Assembly: GCA_049970895.1 (NCBI GenBank)
Contig: JBMFMB010000001.1
Coordinates: forward strand, 64,001 to 128,000
Reading direction: 5' to 3'
From: Candidatus Bathyarchaeia archaeon
Lineage (GTDB): Archaea; Thermoproteota; Bathyarchaeia; Bathyarchaeales; Bathycorpusculaceae
DNA length: 64,000 nucleotides
The translations under genes were made by a program, and so were the position numbers. The notes beneath the pieces were generated by a model. The model was given only the letters and a program-made list of their open reading frames with translations, did no database searches and had not been told where the DNA came from. Below are positions 1-10,784 of this stretch, piece by piece (within the stretch, counting starts at the first letter, position 1; each line of letters starts with the position of its first letter).

Positions 1-2
1 TT

Positions 3-356
3 ATTGAGAAGTTTAGGCAGATTCTCCGAGAACGTCCCTACGAATTCCGCTATACACTGCGCATAATCCCAATTGAGAAGGTTATCCGCACAGACCTCGG
101 AGAAATCCAGCGGGCAGCCACGGAACTAAGCTCAAAAATAGGAAAAGACGAAACTTTCCGGATAACCGTGGAGAAACGCTTCACAGAAACATCCACAAGA
201 GACATTATTGAGGCGGCGGCAGCCAACATTGAACGAAAAGTGGACTTAAACAAGCCTGACAAAATCCTCCTAATAGAGGTTATTGGCGGCTTGACTGGAA
301 TTTCGGTAATTAAGCCAGAAGACATTCTGTCAGTTATAAAGGAAAAAGTGCTTTAG
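3..356 (+). CDS. THUMP-domain RNA-binding protein (5'-truncated by window edge)
   Basis: Frame is open from position 3 (IEKFRQILRERPYEFRYTLRIIPIEK...ETFRITVEKR...KVDLNKPDKILLIEVIG); the FRIxxEKR and VDLxxPD motifs are typical of THUMP domains. Confidence 0.8.
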   Translation: MEKFRQILRERPYEFRYTLRIIPIEKVIRTDLGEIQRAATELSSKIGKDETFRITVEKRFTETSTRDIIEAAAANIERKVDLNKPDKILLIEVIGGLTGISVIKPEDILSVIKEKVL

Positions 357-359
357 CGT

Positions 360-926
360 TCAGCGCTCTGTTGCCAAAAGTGCCACACGCTCAATAACAA
401 GATTAACCAAGGCTTGCTCCAGATCGTTTCCCCTCATAACAGCCTCAAGTTCCACATCTGAAATGTCGAAGGCTTTTCGAATAGCGTTAATTTTCTCCCG
501 TGAAAGCTCCAAGACAGAGTCGTCACGGTGTCCACCAACAATTTTGGACATTGCCTCTAACGCCGCTTCCACATCGCTTGCTTTCTCTCCCACTGCGAGA
601 ATGGCTATTGCTTCTGAATTTGGCTTTATCCCCATAAGCCCCATTGCTTTTCGAATTTGACGCTGAGCAGAGGCGTAAAGCAGTGTTTCCACAGCTAGGC
701 TTTTTGAAATGTTCAAGCCGTTTTTGAAGGCGTTTAGGGCGTTTAAAGCCGCAAAATACAAGTGCTGCCAAGTAGCCACAAGCCCAGCGTCGAAAAATTG
801 GGCTTCCACATTTTTTGCTAAACGTTTCCTAACAGTTTCAAGAAACTCTTCAACATCGGCTATCTTCACGTTTCTAAAGCCGGCAACAGCCACATACTTG
901 CCAAACTCTTCAAGAGGTTTCAGCAA
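360..926 (-). CDS. cgi121: KEOPS complex subunit Cgi121
   Basis: HLYFAALNAL...SLAVETLLYASAQRQIRKAMGLMG Cgi121 signature. Confidence 0.9.
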   Translation of the reverse strand: MLKPLEEFGKYVAVAGFRNVKIADVEEFLETVRKRLAKNVEAQFFDAGLVATWQHLYFAALNALNAFKNGLNISKSLAVETLLYASAQRQIRKAMGLMGIKPNSEAIAILAVGEKASDVEAALEAMSKIVGGHRDDSVLELSREKINAIRKAFDISDVELEAVMRGNDLEQALVNLVIERVALLATER

Positions 927-1528
927 GCCCCTTCTTCCTCACGGATTTCCTTTAGGAAGCGATTAACAAGCCTTCGGGATAAGCCAGCCCTCACCAGCTT
1001 TTCCATATTCCTTTCGATGGGCTTGCCTTGCTCCCTGCATTTTTTGGCTATTTTCCTTATGGTCTCCTTTATCTCCCATGGGAAAACTATCCACCGGCTT
1101 GTTTCTTTAGCGTAATAGTCAGGCTTTATTATGCTCCATGGTTTAAGATAAATAGTGGCAATCTTAACCTCGGCGGCGCCTTCTTTCTGCAGATGTTGCT
1201 TTATGAGTTGGAGGCTTTTTCCAGTGTCCGCCACCTCATCCACAACCAGCACCCTTTTCCCAGCCACATTAACGGAGACTGGCTGTGTTAGGGTTGGCTC
1301 ACCCTTCGTTTCAGCCACACCAACATAGAATTCAACCTTAACATTGGCGAGGTTTGGGTTCTCCAGAAGGTCTGAAAGAACTCTTGCTGGGGGCCATCCG
1401 CCGCGGGAAACACCAACAATCACGTCTGGCTTAAAATTGTCCTTCCTTATTTTTCCGGCGATTTGCATGAGCATTTTGTAGATTTGGTTCCATGTTGGCA
1501 CTTCGAATTCGAGCTCATGCCTTGTCAA
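920..1528 (-). CDS. Type I purine phosphoribosyltransferase
   Basis: VGVSRGG, PRPP-binding VLVVDEVADTGKSL, WIVFPWE. Confidence 0.88.
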   Translation of the reverse strand: MTRHELEFEVPTWNQIYKMLMQIAGKIRKDNFKPDVIVGVSRGGWPPARVLSDLLENPNLANVKVEFYVGVAETKGEPTLTQPVSVNVAGKRVLVVDEVADTGKSLQLIKQHLQKEGAAEVKIATIYLKPWSIIKPDYYAKETSRWIVFPWEIKETIRKIAKKCREQGKPIERNMEKLVRAGLSRRLVNRFLKEIREEEGAC

Positions 1529-1671
1529 GCTTTGTTCACCAGCTTTTGTGCCGAGCGGTTAAGAGTTTGGATTTAAAGCCGATTTTAGCTTTTCTAAAAA
1601 GGGTCTGGTTTGCTGATAACTTTAATTAGGCTGTGGCGGTGATAGAAGGGCGAGAAGGCGGTGAAAACTCT

Positions 1672-2589
1672 TTGAGGGAAATCATTGAATGCGTTCCGAA
1701 TTTTAGCACTTCAGACCCGAAAGTCGTTGAGCAAATCCTCAACGAGCTTAAAACAACTGAAAAGGCGTTTTTGCTCGACTACACCTACGACAGTTATTAT
1801 AATAGGCTTGTAGTCTCTTTTGTGGGAGACAAGCGTTCCGTTCTTGAAGCCATGTTGAAGATGGCTTTTAAGGCTGTGGAGCTTATTGACATGAGAACCC
1901 ACAAGGGACAACATCCCAGAATAGGCGCTGTGGATGTCGTCCCTTTCATACCAATTAAAAATGTCACCATGGAGGACTGCATTAGGCTGGCGAGAAAGTT
2001 TGGCAGGACATTAGCCCAAGAACGTGGTGTGCCAGTCTACCTTTACGGCGAGGCTGCCACAAAACCAGAGAGAAGGGACTTGGACTGGATACGGGAAGGC
2101 GAATATGAAAGGCTGGCAGAAATGATGGCAAAGCCAGAACGCAAACCAGACTTCGGTCCAGCAAAGCCTCATCCAACAGCTGGAGCAACAATAACTGGCG
2201 CCCGCAAGGTTATGGCTGGATTCAACGTAAACCTTGGAACCCCAGACCTAAAAATTGCCAAGAAGATTGCGAAGGCTTTGCATTCGAAGAAGGGCGGACT
2301 TGCAAATGTTAAGGCTATGGCTGCATACATTCCTGAAAAGAACATAACACAGATCGGCATGAGCATAAGCGATTTTGAGGCTACGCCATTATACCGTGTT
2401 TTTGAACTGTTGAAAGTTGAGGCTGAACGCTATAACGTTCCAGTCATAGGTTCGGAATTCTGTGGAATGGCGCCTTTAAAGGCTATTGTTGATGTGGCTT
2501 CATACTATTTGAAAATTGACAACTTAACCGTTGACAGAGTGTTGGAAGTGGCTGTTCAAAACGCCATTGAGAAGGGGAGGAAGCCTTGA
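1672..2589 (+). CDS. ftcd: Glutamate formimidoyltransferase (FT domain only)
   Basis: IIECVPNFS, HKGQHPRIGAVDVVPF, KPDFGP, HPTAGAT; probable TTG start at 1672 after GGCGGTGA. Confidence 0.92.
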   Translation: MREIIECVPNFSTSDPKVVEQILNELKTTEKAFLLDYTYDSYYNRLVVSFVGDKRSVLEAMLKMAFKAVELIDMRTHKGQHPRIGAVDVVPFIPIKNVTMEDCIRLARKFGRTLAQERGVPVYLYGEAATKPERRDLDWIREGEYERLAEMMAKPERKPDFGPAKPHPTAGATITGARKVMAGFNVNLGTPDLKIAKKIAKALHSKKGGLANVKAMAAYIPEKNITQIGMSISDFEATPLYRVFELLKVEAERYNVPVIGSEFCGMAPLKAIVDVASYYLKIDNLTVDRVLEVAVQNAIEKGRKP

Positions 2590-3920
2590 GTAAAGCCAAG
2601 ACGGGGAAAACTGCTGCAAAGGAAAGGGTGGATACGCTTATTGTTAATGCCAGCGAGCTTGTGACCTTGGCTGGTGGCAACGAGAAGCCAAGAACTGGCA
2701 GGCGCATGCGGGAACTTGGAATAATTAAGAATGGGTGTATAGCCATAAAGGACGGCAAAATTTTGGCTGTTGGAAAAACCCCGGAGGTAAAGAAGAATTT
2801 TAGGGCTGAAGATGTTGTGAACGCCGGTGGGAAAACTGTTCTGCCGGGATTTGTGGACCCCCACACGCATTTGGTTTTTGCCGGTTCAAGGGAAGACGAG
2901 TTCCAGATGAGGGTTGAGGGTGCCTCCTACATGGAGATTTTGAAGGCTGGTGGGGGCATACTGAAAACTGTTAGGGAGACCAGAAAAGCCAGCATAGACG
3001 AGCTTTTGGGCTTTGGCTTAAGCACTTTAGATGTTATGTTGAGGTATGGCACAACAACGGTTGAGGCGAAAAGCGGGTACGGCTTAACAACAAGGGATGA
3101 ATTGAAAATTTTGGAGGTTATTAGGCGTTTAAACCAGCTTCACGCGGTTGATGTTGTCCCCACGTTTATGGGTGCCCACGCAGTTCCAGCCGAATACATG
3201 GGCAATCCGGAAGAGTATGTCAGCTTAGTTGTTGATGAAATGATTCCAGCCGTTGCCAGTAGAAGGCTGGCGGAGTTCTGCGACGTCTTCTGCGAGAAAG
3301 GCGTTTTCACTTTGGAGCAGACAAGAAAAATCCTCATTGCAGCCAGAAACCATGGTTTAGGGCTTAAGGTGCATGCGGACGAAATGAGCCAGTTGGGTGG
3401 GGCAGAGCTTGCAGCCAGCCTAGGGGCAGTCTCAGCCGAACACCTGCTTTTCGCTTCTGACGCTGGGCTTAGGGCTATGGCTGAAAAGGGCGTAATTGCT
3501 GTTCTGCTTCCAGCGGCAGCCTTCAGCCTGATGGCTGGGCGTTTTGCCGAAGCAAGAAAAATGATTGAGTTTGGCGTTCCGGTGGCTTTGGGCACGGATT
3601 TTAATCCGAGCTGTTGGATTGAAAATCAGCAGCTTATCATAGCTTTCGCCTGCCACTTTATGAGGATGACGCCAGCCGAAGCCATAACCGCAGCCACAAT
3701 TAATGCGGCTCACGCCATTGGAAGAGCCAAAGAGGTTGGCAGCTTAGAGGTTGGCAAGAAGGCTGACATAGTGATTTTGAACGTGCCAAACCACGTTTTT
3801 CTAGGCTACCGCTTCGGCGTAAACCTCGTTGACAAAGTGATAAAGAATGGCAGAACAGTTGTTGATGAGGAAGCCTCCGTAGCTGAGGCGGCGAAGCTTT
3901 TCAGCAAAGAATTAGAGTAA
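2586..3920 (+). CDS. hutI: Imidazolonepropionase
   Basis: [43 protein letters not shown]; start overlaps ftcd stop. Confidence 0.95.
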   Translation: MSKAKTGKTAAKERVDTLIVNASELVTLAGGNEKPRTGRRMRELGIIKNGCIAIKDGKILAVGKTPEVKKNFRAEDVVNAGGKTVLPGFVDPHTHLVFAGSREDEFQMRVEGASYMEILKAGGGILKTVRETRKASIDELLGFGLSTLDVMLRYGTTTVEAKSGYGLTTRDELKILEVIRRLNQLHAVDVVPTFMGAHAVPAEYMGNPEEYVSLVVDEMIPAVASRRLAEFCDVFCEKGVFTLEQTRKILIAARNHGLGLKVHADEMSQLGGAELAASLGAVSAEHLLFASDAGLRAMAEKGVIAVLLPAAAFSLMAGRFAEARKMIEFGVPVALGTDFNPSCWIENQQLIIAFACHFMRMTPAEAITAATINAAHAIGRAKEVGSLEVGKKADIVILNVPNHVFLGYRFGVNLVDKVIKNGRTVVDEEASVAEAAKLFSKELE

Positions 3921-3939
3921 CCTCCAACCAAATTATTCC

Positions 3940-5619
3940 TTGTCTGAGGGTGAAAACCCCTTGTTAAAGCTTGAAAAACCCATAAAATGTTTGACTGGGC
4001 ATGAACTGCACTGTAAGAATTGGCAGATTGAAGGAATTTTGCGCATGCTCTTTAACGTTGTTGACCCGGAAGTAGCTAAAGACCCTGAAAGGCTTATTGT
4101 TTATGGCGGCACTGGGAAGGCGGCTCGTAACTGGGAGTGCTTCGAAAAAATTGTTGAAACCCTTACAGAGCTTGAGCCGGACGAAACAATGCTTGTCCAA
4201 AGCGGCAAGCCTGTAGCCGTCTTCAAAACCCACAAGTGGGCGCCAAGAGCCCTAATAGTAAACGCCATGCTAGTGCCCAAATGGGCGACATGGGACTACT
4301 TCTACGAGCTTGAACAGAAAGGCTTAATCATGTTTGGGCAGATGACAGCTGGCTCGTGGTCTTACATTGGCACACAAGGCATCCTACAAGGCACATATGA
4401 GACTTTGGCTGCTGTGGCACGAGAGCACTTCAGCGGAACCCTCCGTGGAAGGCTGGTCTTGACGGCAGGTTTAGGCGAGATGGGGGGAGCCCAACCCCTA
4501 GCGGTAACCATGAACGATGGCGTCGCCCTAGTAGTGGAAATAGACAAACGCGCCATTGACAGACGCATAAGGCATGGTTATTTGGAGACTTGGACAGACG
4601 ATTTGGACGAAGCTGTGAAAATGGCTTTAGAAGCCAAACGCGAGGGCATCCCAAGAAGTATAGGGTTGCTTGGAAACGCGGCTGAAGTGCACCCAGAACT
4701 TTTAAAGCGGGGCATAATACCAGACGTGCTGACAGACCAGACAAGCGCCCACGACCCGTTGAACGGCTATTACCCAGCAGGACTTTCAAAGGAGGAAGCC
4801 GACGAACTCCGAAAAAACGACCCAGAAGAATATCTGCGAAGGGCCAGCCAGAGCATGCGCACCCAAGTGGAAGCCATGGTCAAAATGATGGAAAAGGGCG
4901 CAGTAACCTTCGAGTATGGCAACAACCTCCGCCAGCAAGCCTACAACGCCGGGTTTAAAGACGCTTTTGCCTATCCGGGTTTTGTGCAACGTTATATTAG
5001 GCCGATGTTCTGTGAAGGTCGAGGACCATTCCGCTGGACTTCGCTGGTGGGAAGCACCGAAGACATTTACACTTTGGATGATGTGATTTTGAAGGAGTTT
5101 TCCTACAATAGGGAGCTTTGCAGATGGATACAGAAGGCGAAAGAACATGTCAAGTTTCAAGGTTTGCCAGCTCGCGTCTGCTGGCTGGGTTTCGGCGAGA
5201 GAGCCCGCTTCGGAAAAATAATGAACGACATGGTGGCAAGCGGGAGACTTTCAGGACCCATATGGATTGGGAGAGACCACTTGGACGGGGGAAGCGTTGC
5301 CTCACCAAACCGTGAAACAGAAGGCATGATGGACGAAAGCGATGCGATAGCTGACTGGCCAATACTTAACGCGTTGCTGAACGCTGTTGCAGGCGCCACA
5401 TGGGTGAGCGTCCACCACGGCGGAGGCGTGGGGATAGGTTACAGCATACATGCTGGCATGTGTTTGGTGGCTGACGGAACAAAAGAGGCTGAAAAACGCA
5501 TAGTCACAGTGCTAACAACAGACCCCGGAACCGCCATAGTCAGGCATGCGGATGCCGGATATGAAAAAGCTAAGAAAATAGCACGTGAGAAGGGCATAAA
5601 AATGCCCATGCTGAAATAA
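3940..5619 (+). CDS. hutU: Urocanate hydratase
   Basis: [55 protein letters not shown]. Confidence 0.97.
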   Translation: MSEGENPLLKLEKPIKCLTGHELHCKNWQIEGILRMLFNVVDPEVAKDPERLIVYGGTGKAARNWECFEKIVETLTELEPDETMLVQSGKPVAVFKTHKWAPRALIVNAMLVPKWATWDYFYELEQKGLIMFGQMTAGSWSYIGTQGILQGTYETLAAVAREHFSGTLRGRLVLTAGLGEMGGAQPLAVTMNDGVALVVEIDKRAIDRRIRHGYLETWTDDLDEAVKMALEAKREGIPRSIGLLGNAAEVHPELLKRGIIPDVLTDQTSAHDPLNGYYPAGLSKEEADELRKNDPEEYLRRASQSMRTQVEAMVKMMEKGAVTFEYGNNLRQQAYNAGFKDAFAYPGFVQRYIRPMFCEGRGPFRWTSLVGSTEDIYTLDDVILKEFSYNRELCRWIQKAKEHVKFQGLPARVCWLGFGERARFGKIMNDMVASGRLSGPIWIGRDHLDGGSVASPNRETEGMMDESDAIADWPILNALLNAVAGATWVSVHHGGGVGIGYSIHAGMCLVADGTKEAEKRIVTVLTTDPGTAIVRHADAGYEKAKKIAREKGIKMPMLK

Positions 5620-5639
5620 GTGTCTGAGAGGAGTGTTTT

Positions 5640-5987
5640 ATGGCGGTTTTCCTTTTGGACATGTGGACTGTTGTAAAGGGCAAGGAAGCTGAAAACGAGG
5701 AGGTTGTAAGGCAAATTCTCCAGTATGGAGGCACACATCCAGAAGCCTTCAATCTTGTTAAGTCGCTGCGATGCTTTAGGCAGAGCATAGGTGGAAAACC
5801 ACCGGGAAAATTTGTCCTAATGACAGAGTTTGCAAGCCTCCACGACATGGAGGAATTTTTCAAAAAGATAAGGGAAGACAATGAGTGGAGAAAAATAGAG
5901 CGTAGATGGAAAAGTGTTATGGAACAGGCGTTTTCAGAAAGCCTAATGTGGACTGATGTTTTCAGGGAGCCTTGGACAGAAAAATAG
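5640..5987 (+). CDS. Hypothetical protein, possible dimeric alpha-beta barrel (NIPSNAP/ABM-like)
   Basis: SD GAGGAG upstream; pattern WTVVKGKEAE...FVLMTEFASLHDMEEF; 20 nt after hutU. Confidence 0.55.
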   Translation: MAVFLLDMWTVVKGKEAENEEVVRQILQYGGTHPEAFNLVKSLRCFRQSIGGKPPGKFVLMTEFASLHDMEEFFKKIREDNEWRKIERRWKSVMEQAFSESLMWTDVFREPWTEK

Positions 5988-6006
5988 TTGTGGGAAAGTT
6001 TTGGGC

Positions 6007-7653
6007 TTACTCGAACTCTGATGTTTCTTTAGGCTTCTCTTTCTCCTTTTCCTTCTCCTTCTCAATGCCCTTCGCTGCGATGACATCGTCAATCTTTAGT
6101 ATCATGTTCGCTGCTTCTGTGGCAGACTTGATGACTTGAAGCTTTACTCGCAATGGTTCCACAACGTTCAGCTCCAGCATGTCTCTGATCTTGCCGGTGA
6201 AAACGTCAACGCCAAAGGATGATGATGAGGCATTTTCATGAGCAGCCCTTAGGGCAACCATTATGTCAACAGGGTCTAAGCCAGCGTTTTCAGCCAATGT
6301 CAGCGGTATGGACTCAACAGCGTCTGCGAAAGCCTCTATGGCTAGTTGCTCGCGTCCACCAACTTTTACAGCGTAGTCCCTGAGTTGTTTAGCGACTTCA
6401 GCTTCTGGTGCGCCACCTCCAGGCACAATTTTTCCATCTTCAATGGCGTTTCTAACAACACACAGTGCATCATGCAGTGAGCGTTCAGCCTCGTCAACAA
6501 CGTGTTCTGTTCCACCTCTAACCACTATTGTTACAGCCTTCGGATTCTTGCACTCGCGTATGTAGACCAGTTTGTCATCGCCTATCTTGACCTCCTCAAC
6601 GAGTTTCGCCTCGCCGAGCACATCTGACGTTAAGTCTTTAACGCTGGCGACTATTTTGCCGCCAGTAGCCCTCGCCAGCTTCTCCATGTCGCTGCTGCTC
6701 ACGTTTTTAACTGCCAAAATTCCCTTCTTAGCCAAGAAGTGCAGTGCCACATCGTCTATGCCTTTCTCGCAGAAAACCACGTTGGCGCCCACCTCTGCAA
6801 TCTTGTCCACCATCTCGCGGAGCATGCGCTCCTCCTCATCCAGGAATAGCTTCATCTGCTCTGGGCTTTCAATGTTGATTTTGGCATCGAACTCCGTCTT
6901 CTCAATCTCCAGCTTGGCGTTTAACAGTGCAATCTTCGCGTTGTGGACTATTTTTGGCATCTGCGGGTGGGCCACTTCCTTGTCGATAACCATACCCCTA
7001 ACAAGCTCTGTTTCTTCAAGGCTCTTGCCATGCTTCTTCAAAATCTTGATTAGGTCAATATCAGCCTTAATCTTTCCGTCCTTTTCCTCGGCGACTTGCT
7101 TCACGGCTTCAACAGCCAGCTTTGCAAAGTGCTCTTTTGCTGCAGCTATGCCCTTGCTTCCCATCGAAGTTGTCGCAACATCCATAAGCTTCTTCTCATC
7201 GTTAATGCTTACTGGCAAAGCCATCTTCTCCAAAACTTCTCTGGCTTTTTCGCTGGCCTTCTTGAAACCCTCAATTATTATTGTCGGGTGGATGTTCTGG
7301 TCTAGGAGCTCCTCAGCTTTAACCAGCAACTCACCAGCTAGAACAGCAGCAGTTGTTGTCCCATCGCCAACCTCGTTGTCTTGTGCCTTTGCGACCTCCA
7401 CAAGCATTTTGGCTGCTGGATGCTGAACGTCAATCTCCTTCAATATTGTTGCGCCATCATTGGTTATTGTGACGTCGCCGAAGCTGCTGACAAGCATCTT
7501 GTCCATGCCTTTGGGTCCCAAAGTTGTTTTGACAAGCTCGGCTATTATCTTGGCTGCCGTAATATTGTTTCTCTGAGCTTCCCTTCCAGTGGTTCTTCCA
7601 GTTCCTTCCTTCAACACCAAAACCGGAACTGTTCCAGAGGGTATGGCCGCCAT
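6007..7653 (-). CDS. ths: Thermosome (group II chaperonin) subunit
   Basis: [34 protein letters not shown]. Confidence 0.97.
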   Translation of the reverse strand: MAAIPSGTVPVLVLKEGTGRTTGREAQRNNITAAKIIAELVKTTLGPKGMDKMLVSSFGDVTITNDGATILKEIDVQHPAAKMLVEVAKAQDNEVGDGTTTAAVLAGELLVKAEELLDQNIHPTIIIEGFKKASEKAREVLEKMALPVSINDEKKLMDVATTSMGSKGIAAAKEHFAKLAVEAVKQVAEEKDGKIKADIDLIKILKKHGKSLEETELVRGMVIDKEVAHPQMPKIVHNAKIALLNAKLEIEKTEFDAKINIESPEQMKLFLDEEERMLREMVDKIAEVGANVVFCEKGIDDVALHFLAKKGILAVKNVSSSDMEKLARATGGKIVASVKDLTSDVLGEAKLVEEVKIGDDKLVYIRECKNPKAVTIVVRGGTEHVVDEAERSLHDALCVVRNAIEDGKIVPGGGAPEAEVAKQLRDYAVKVGGREQLAIEAFADAVESIPLTLAENAGLDPVDIMVALRAAHENASSSSFGVDVFTGKIRDMLELNVVEPLRVKLQVIKSATEAANMILKIDDVIAAKGIEKEKEKEKEKPKETSEFE

Positions 7654-7735
7654 ACACCATCACCCCCTTCATCCCATTTTCGTGTTAGTAGGAAATGGCA
7701 AAATCACACGAAAAATTGCTTCTATATAAATTTTT

Positions 7736-8800
7736 CTAAACGCTTGCCTTAACAATTCTATAACCAGAAGCCTTCCTAAGACGGTTCATAACAGCCAAAC
7801 CCAACCCCTCAGTTGGCACACCCTCAGCAATTATGATTTCGACACCCTCAGCGTCAAACTCCCTTAAAAGCCTAAAAAGGTTCTTCGCAACCACGTCAAG
7901 GCGACTTCTGCTTCCAAGGGACTTCACAACATCAGCCCCATAGAGATTAGCAGTTTCATCAGTAGCTAAAACGCCAACCTTCATACCCCTCTCCCTGTAA
8001 AGGTTTACCAGCTCCATAACTTTTTTGACAGTGGCTGAAAGCTCGCCCTCAACAACAATTAGCTTCGCCTTTGGAGCATAATGCCTATGCTTCATTCCCG
8101 GTGAACGCGCCTTTTCAACAGGCAACCTTTTCTCTGCAACGGCAACTGGATGGAGCTCAACCCTACCAAGAACGGCCTCCAAAGCCTCACGCGGTGTCCC
8201 TCCAGGGCGGAGTATCTGGGGCGGGTCAACAGTCATGTCCAAAACAGTGGATTCCACACCAATCCTGGTTGGGCCGGCATCCAAAACAGCGTCTATTCGT
8301 CCATCAAGATCTTCAAGAACATGCTCAGCCGTCGTGGGACTTGGTCTTCCAGCAAGATTCGCGCTTGGAGCCGCAATGGGGCAGCCGCTTTCCCTGATTA
8401 GGGTTAAGGCTACATTATGTTTTGGCATCCTCACTGCTATTGTGTCCAAACCAGCCACAGTCACGTCAGGCACAACGGCGGAACGTTTGAAAACCAGCGT
8501 TAATGGGCCAGGCCAAAAGGTTTTCATTAGGATTTCTGCTTCGGCTGGAACAGCCCTTGCAAGCTTGTAAACATCTTCAAATTTTCCAACGTGAACTATT
8601 GGCGGGTTGTCCAGCGGACGTCTCTTAGCCCTAAAAAGCGTCAGAACAGCCTTGGCATTTAAGGCGTCGGCTCCCAAGCCATAAACCGTTTCCGTTGGAA
8701 AGGCTACTAAGCCGCCATTTCGTATTATGTTGGCTGCCTCTCGTATAATTTTGACTTCTGGATTTTCAGGGTTAACCTTAAACACCAAAGTCTTCTTCAT
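7736..8800 (-). CDS. sua5: L-threonylcarbamoyladenylate synthase (Sua5, with C-terminal SUA5 domain)
   Basis: VAFPTETVYGLGA, KRRPLDNP, APSANLAGRPSPT, SPGMKHRHYAP. Confidence 0.95.
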   Translation of the reverse strand: MKKTLVFKVNPENPEVKIIREAANIIRNGGLVAFPTETVYGLGADALNAKAVLTLFRAKRRPLDNPPIVHVGKFEDVYKLARAVPAEAEILMKTFWPGPLTLVFKRSAVVPDVTVAGLDTIAVRMPKHNVALTLIRESGCPIAAPSANLAGRPSPTTAEHVLEDLDGRIDAVLDAGPTRIGVESTVLDMTVDPPQILRPGGTPREALEAVLGRVELHPVAVAEKRLPVEKARSPGMKHRHYAPKAKLIVVEGELSATVKKVMELVNLYRERGMKVGVLATDETANLYGADVVKSLGSRSRLDVVAKNLFRLLREFDAEGVEIIIAEGVPTEGLGLAVMNRLRKASGYRIVKASV

Positions 8801-8880
8801 AGGTTTCAGCCGTATTTATCGCTTTTAAAATGGCTTAAAACTTTGCTTAAACACGTTTAAATGGACGAGTGAAGCCTAAA

Positions 8881-9378
8881 CTATACCACATAGTAGTCTA
8901 TGACTTTCTTCATGCTTTTTGGCGCAGCTTGTCTCATGGCAAGTTGTTTGAGGATTTTTATCATTTGGGGTTGGAAGCGGGCTATATCAGTCAAGGTTAC
9001 AAGTCCTACGAGGCGTTTTCCGTCAACCACTGGCAACTTCTTAATTTTCATCTGAAACATCAGTTTTACTGCCTCTTCCAGTTCCATGTTTGGCTCCACA
9101 ACCACCAGCGGACTTGACATTACATCTTTAACCTTTGTTTTGTTAACGTCTCTGGCTTCGGCGACAACCCTTTTCAGAAGGTCCCTTTCAGTTATTATGC
9201 CGACGGCTTTTCCCTTCCTGACGGCTATTAGGCAGCCAATCTCAAACTTGTTCATGGCTTCGGCTGCCTCTTTGACGGTTGATTCCTCATCTATAGTTAT
9301 GACTTCTCTAACCATGACGTCTTCAACTTTGAGGGATAGTGGGCTTTCCTTTCTTGTTGATTCTTCCTCGTTTTCCAC
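8881..9378 (-). CDS. CBS-pair protein
   Basis: Two CBS repeats (VEDVMVREV...GIITERDL; VKDVMSSP...GLVTLTDI); start uncertain (9378 or 9408). Confidence 0.88.
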   Translation of the reverse strand: MENEEESTRKESPLSLKVEDVMVREVITIDEESTVKEAAEAMNKFEIGCLIAVRKGKAVGIITERDLLKRVVAEARDVNKTKVKDVMSSPLVVVEPNMELEEAVKLMFQMKIKKLPVVDGKRLVGLVTLTDIARFQPQMIKILKQLAMRQAAPKSMKKVIDYYVV

Positions 9379-9443
9379 AAGGTCACCAAATTTTCTATAT
9401 GGAAACAAGCATATATAATTTGACGCGTTTGCAAACAGACGCT

Positions 9444-10784
9444 TCAGTTTCCTAGCAGTTTCCGCGTCAACTCCTCAACACGTTTGCTGGCTGGTATCTG
9501 TGCCCTCTCAAACTTCTCTCTGGGCTTTGTTAAGGGTCTGGTGGCATCTAAACCCATTTTTGAGGTTAAACCCGTTTCCTGGTCTGCCGAAGAATCCAGT
9601 GTTGAGCCTCTGGCGTTCTCTATTATGATAAGGTCTTCTGAAGCTTGGAAACGTGTAGCAATAGCCCATTCAACATCCGCCATGTTGAAAACGTCGATAT
9701 CTGAGTCCACAACAACGGCGTGTTTAAGGCTTGGGTGAGCTGCAAAAGCCGCAAGTAAAGCATTTTTCCCATCGCCGTCAAGTTGTTTTTCGATGGATAT
9801 TACTGCGTGGAGCCATCCGCCACCGCCAACTGAAAGGTTTACAGCCTTAACTTTTGGCACAACTTTTGAAACAGCCTCATAAATCGAAGCTTCATGGGGG
9901 AGACCCATCAAAAGCCTATGCTCCATCCCGGAAGGCAAAAGCGCCTGATAAATATAGTCTCTACGGTGCATTACATTCACAATTTCAACGACGGGCTGTT
10001 TGCGCACAATGTCATACGTCCCAGTGATGTCCACCAGCGGACCTTCCGACACTTCCTTTGAAGCTGAAATTCTCCCTTCCAAGACAAGTTCCGCATCCGC
10101 TGGGGCATAGGCATCCACGTACTTGCACTTCACAAGCTCAAGTTTTCCACCCAAAAGCGTGTTTGCCACATCAAACTCATTAACCCCAAAAGGCACCGGA
10201 GATGAAGCCGCTAACATGACCGCTGGATGAACACCAACAGATATTGCCACGTCCAAGTCAACTTCCGCCTCCTTAGCAATCTGCCACAACTTATAGAGAT
10301 GCCTTGGAACCAAGCGTATTGCCAGATGCTTCTCGTCTAAAAGCTGTAAACGATGGATGGACACGTTTTCTATGGTTCTATCGAGGCTTTTTGCATGAAC
10401 AACAGCAGAAGTTATGTATGGACCAGCATCCCTCTCAAAATGGGTCAAAATTGGGATCTGCAGCAAGTCTGGTTCTTCAACAACCTCCTTGACAGCGCCA
10501 GCCTCAACAATTTTTGGCTTCCGCGGGTTACGCCAAGCCTCCAAAAGTTTTTGGTAAAGCCCTTCTGGTTCAACGCATAAGGCTTCGCAGATGCGCCTCC
10601 TTGTTCCGCAAACGTTTGCCACAATCTTGGTTTTTGAACCTTCAACATTTTCAAACATAAGTATTGGGCCGTTATCGAAGGCTTTCATTATGTAGGAGAT
10701 TTCAAAGTTTGTGGAAACCTCATCTTTAATGTGCAGTACTTCGCCCTTCTCCTCCATGTGCGCCAGAAAAGCCCTTAAGCTCAT
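9444..10784 (-). CDS. UbiD-family prFMN-dependent decarboxylase (possibly anhydromevalonate phosphate decarboxylase)
   Basis: DAGPYIT, NVSIHR, EGPLVDITGTY, VVVDSDID, VEWAIATR, GSTLDSS. Confidence 0.85.
   Translation of the reverse strand: MSLRAFLAHMEEKGEVLHIKDEVSTNFEISYIMKAFDNGPILMFENVEGSKTKIVANVCGTRRRICEALCVEPEGLYQKLLEAWRNPRKPKIVEAGAVKEVVEEPDLLQIPILTHFERDAGPYITSAVVHAKSLDRTIENVSIHRLQLLDEKHLAIRLVPRHLYKLWQIAKEAEVDLDVAISVGVHPAVMLAASSPVPFGVNEFDVANTLLGGKLELVKCKYVDAYAPADAELVLEGRISASKEVSEGPLVDITGTYDIVRKQPVVEIVNVMHRRDYIYQALLPSGMEHRLLMGLPHEASIYEAVSKVVPKVKAVNLSVGGGGWLHAVISIEKQLDGDGKNALLAAFAAHPSLKHAVVVDSDIDVFNMADVEWAIATRFQASEDLIIIENARGSTLDSSADQETGLTSKMGLDATRPLTKPREKFERAQIPASKRVEELTRKLLGN

Noticed and set aside
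6010-6065. KE-repeat tail of the thermosome in place of GGM repeats
   Set aside because: Charged C-terminal tails are a known variant among group II chaperonins; not a DNA repeat element
6572-7426. 284-aa ORF antisense to the thermosome gene (and similar long antisense ORFs over moeA, hutI, sucC)
   Set aside because: Shadow frames of well-conserved genes, with Ser-rich non-protein-like composition
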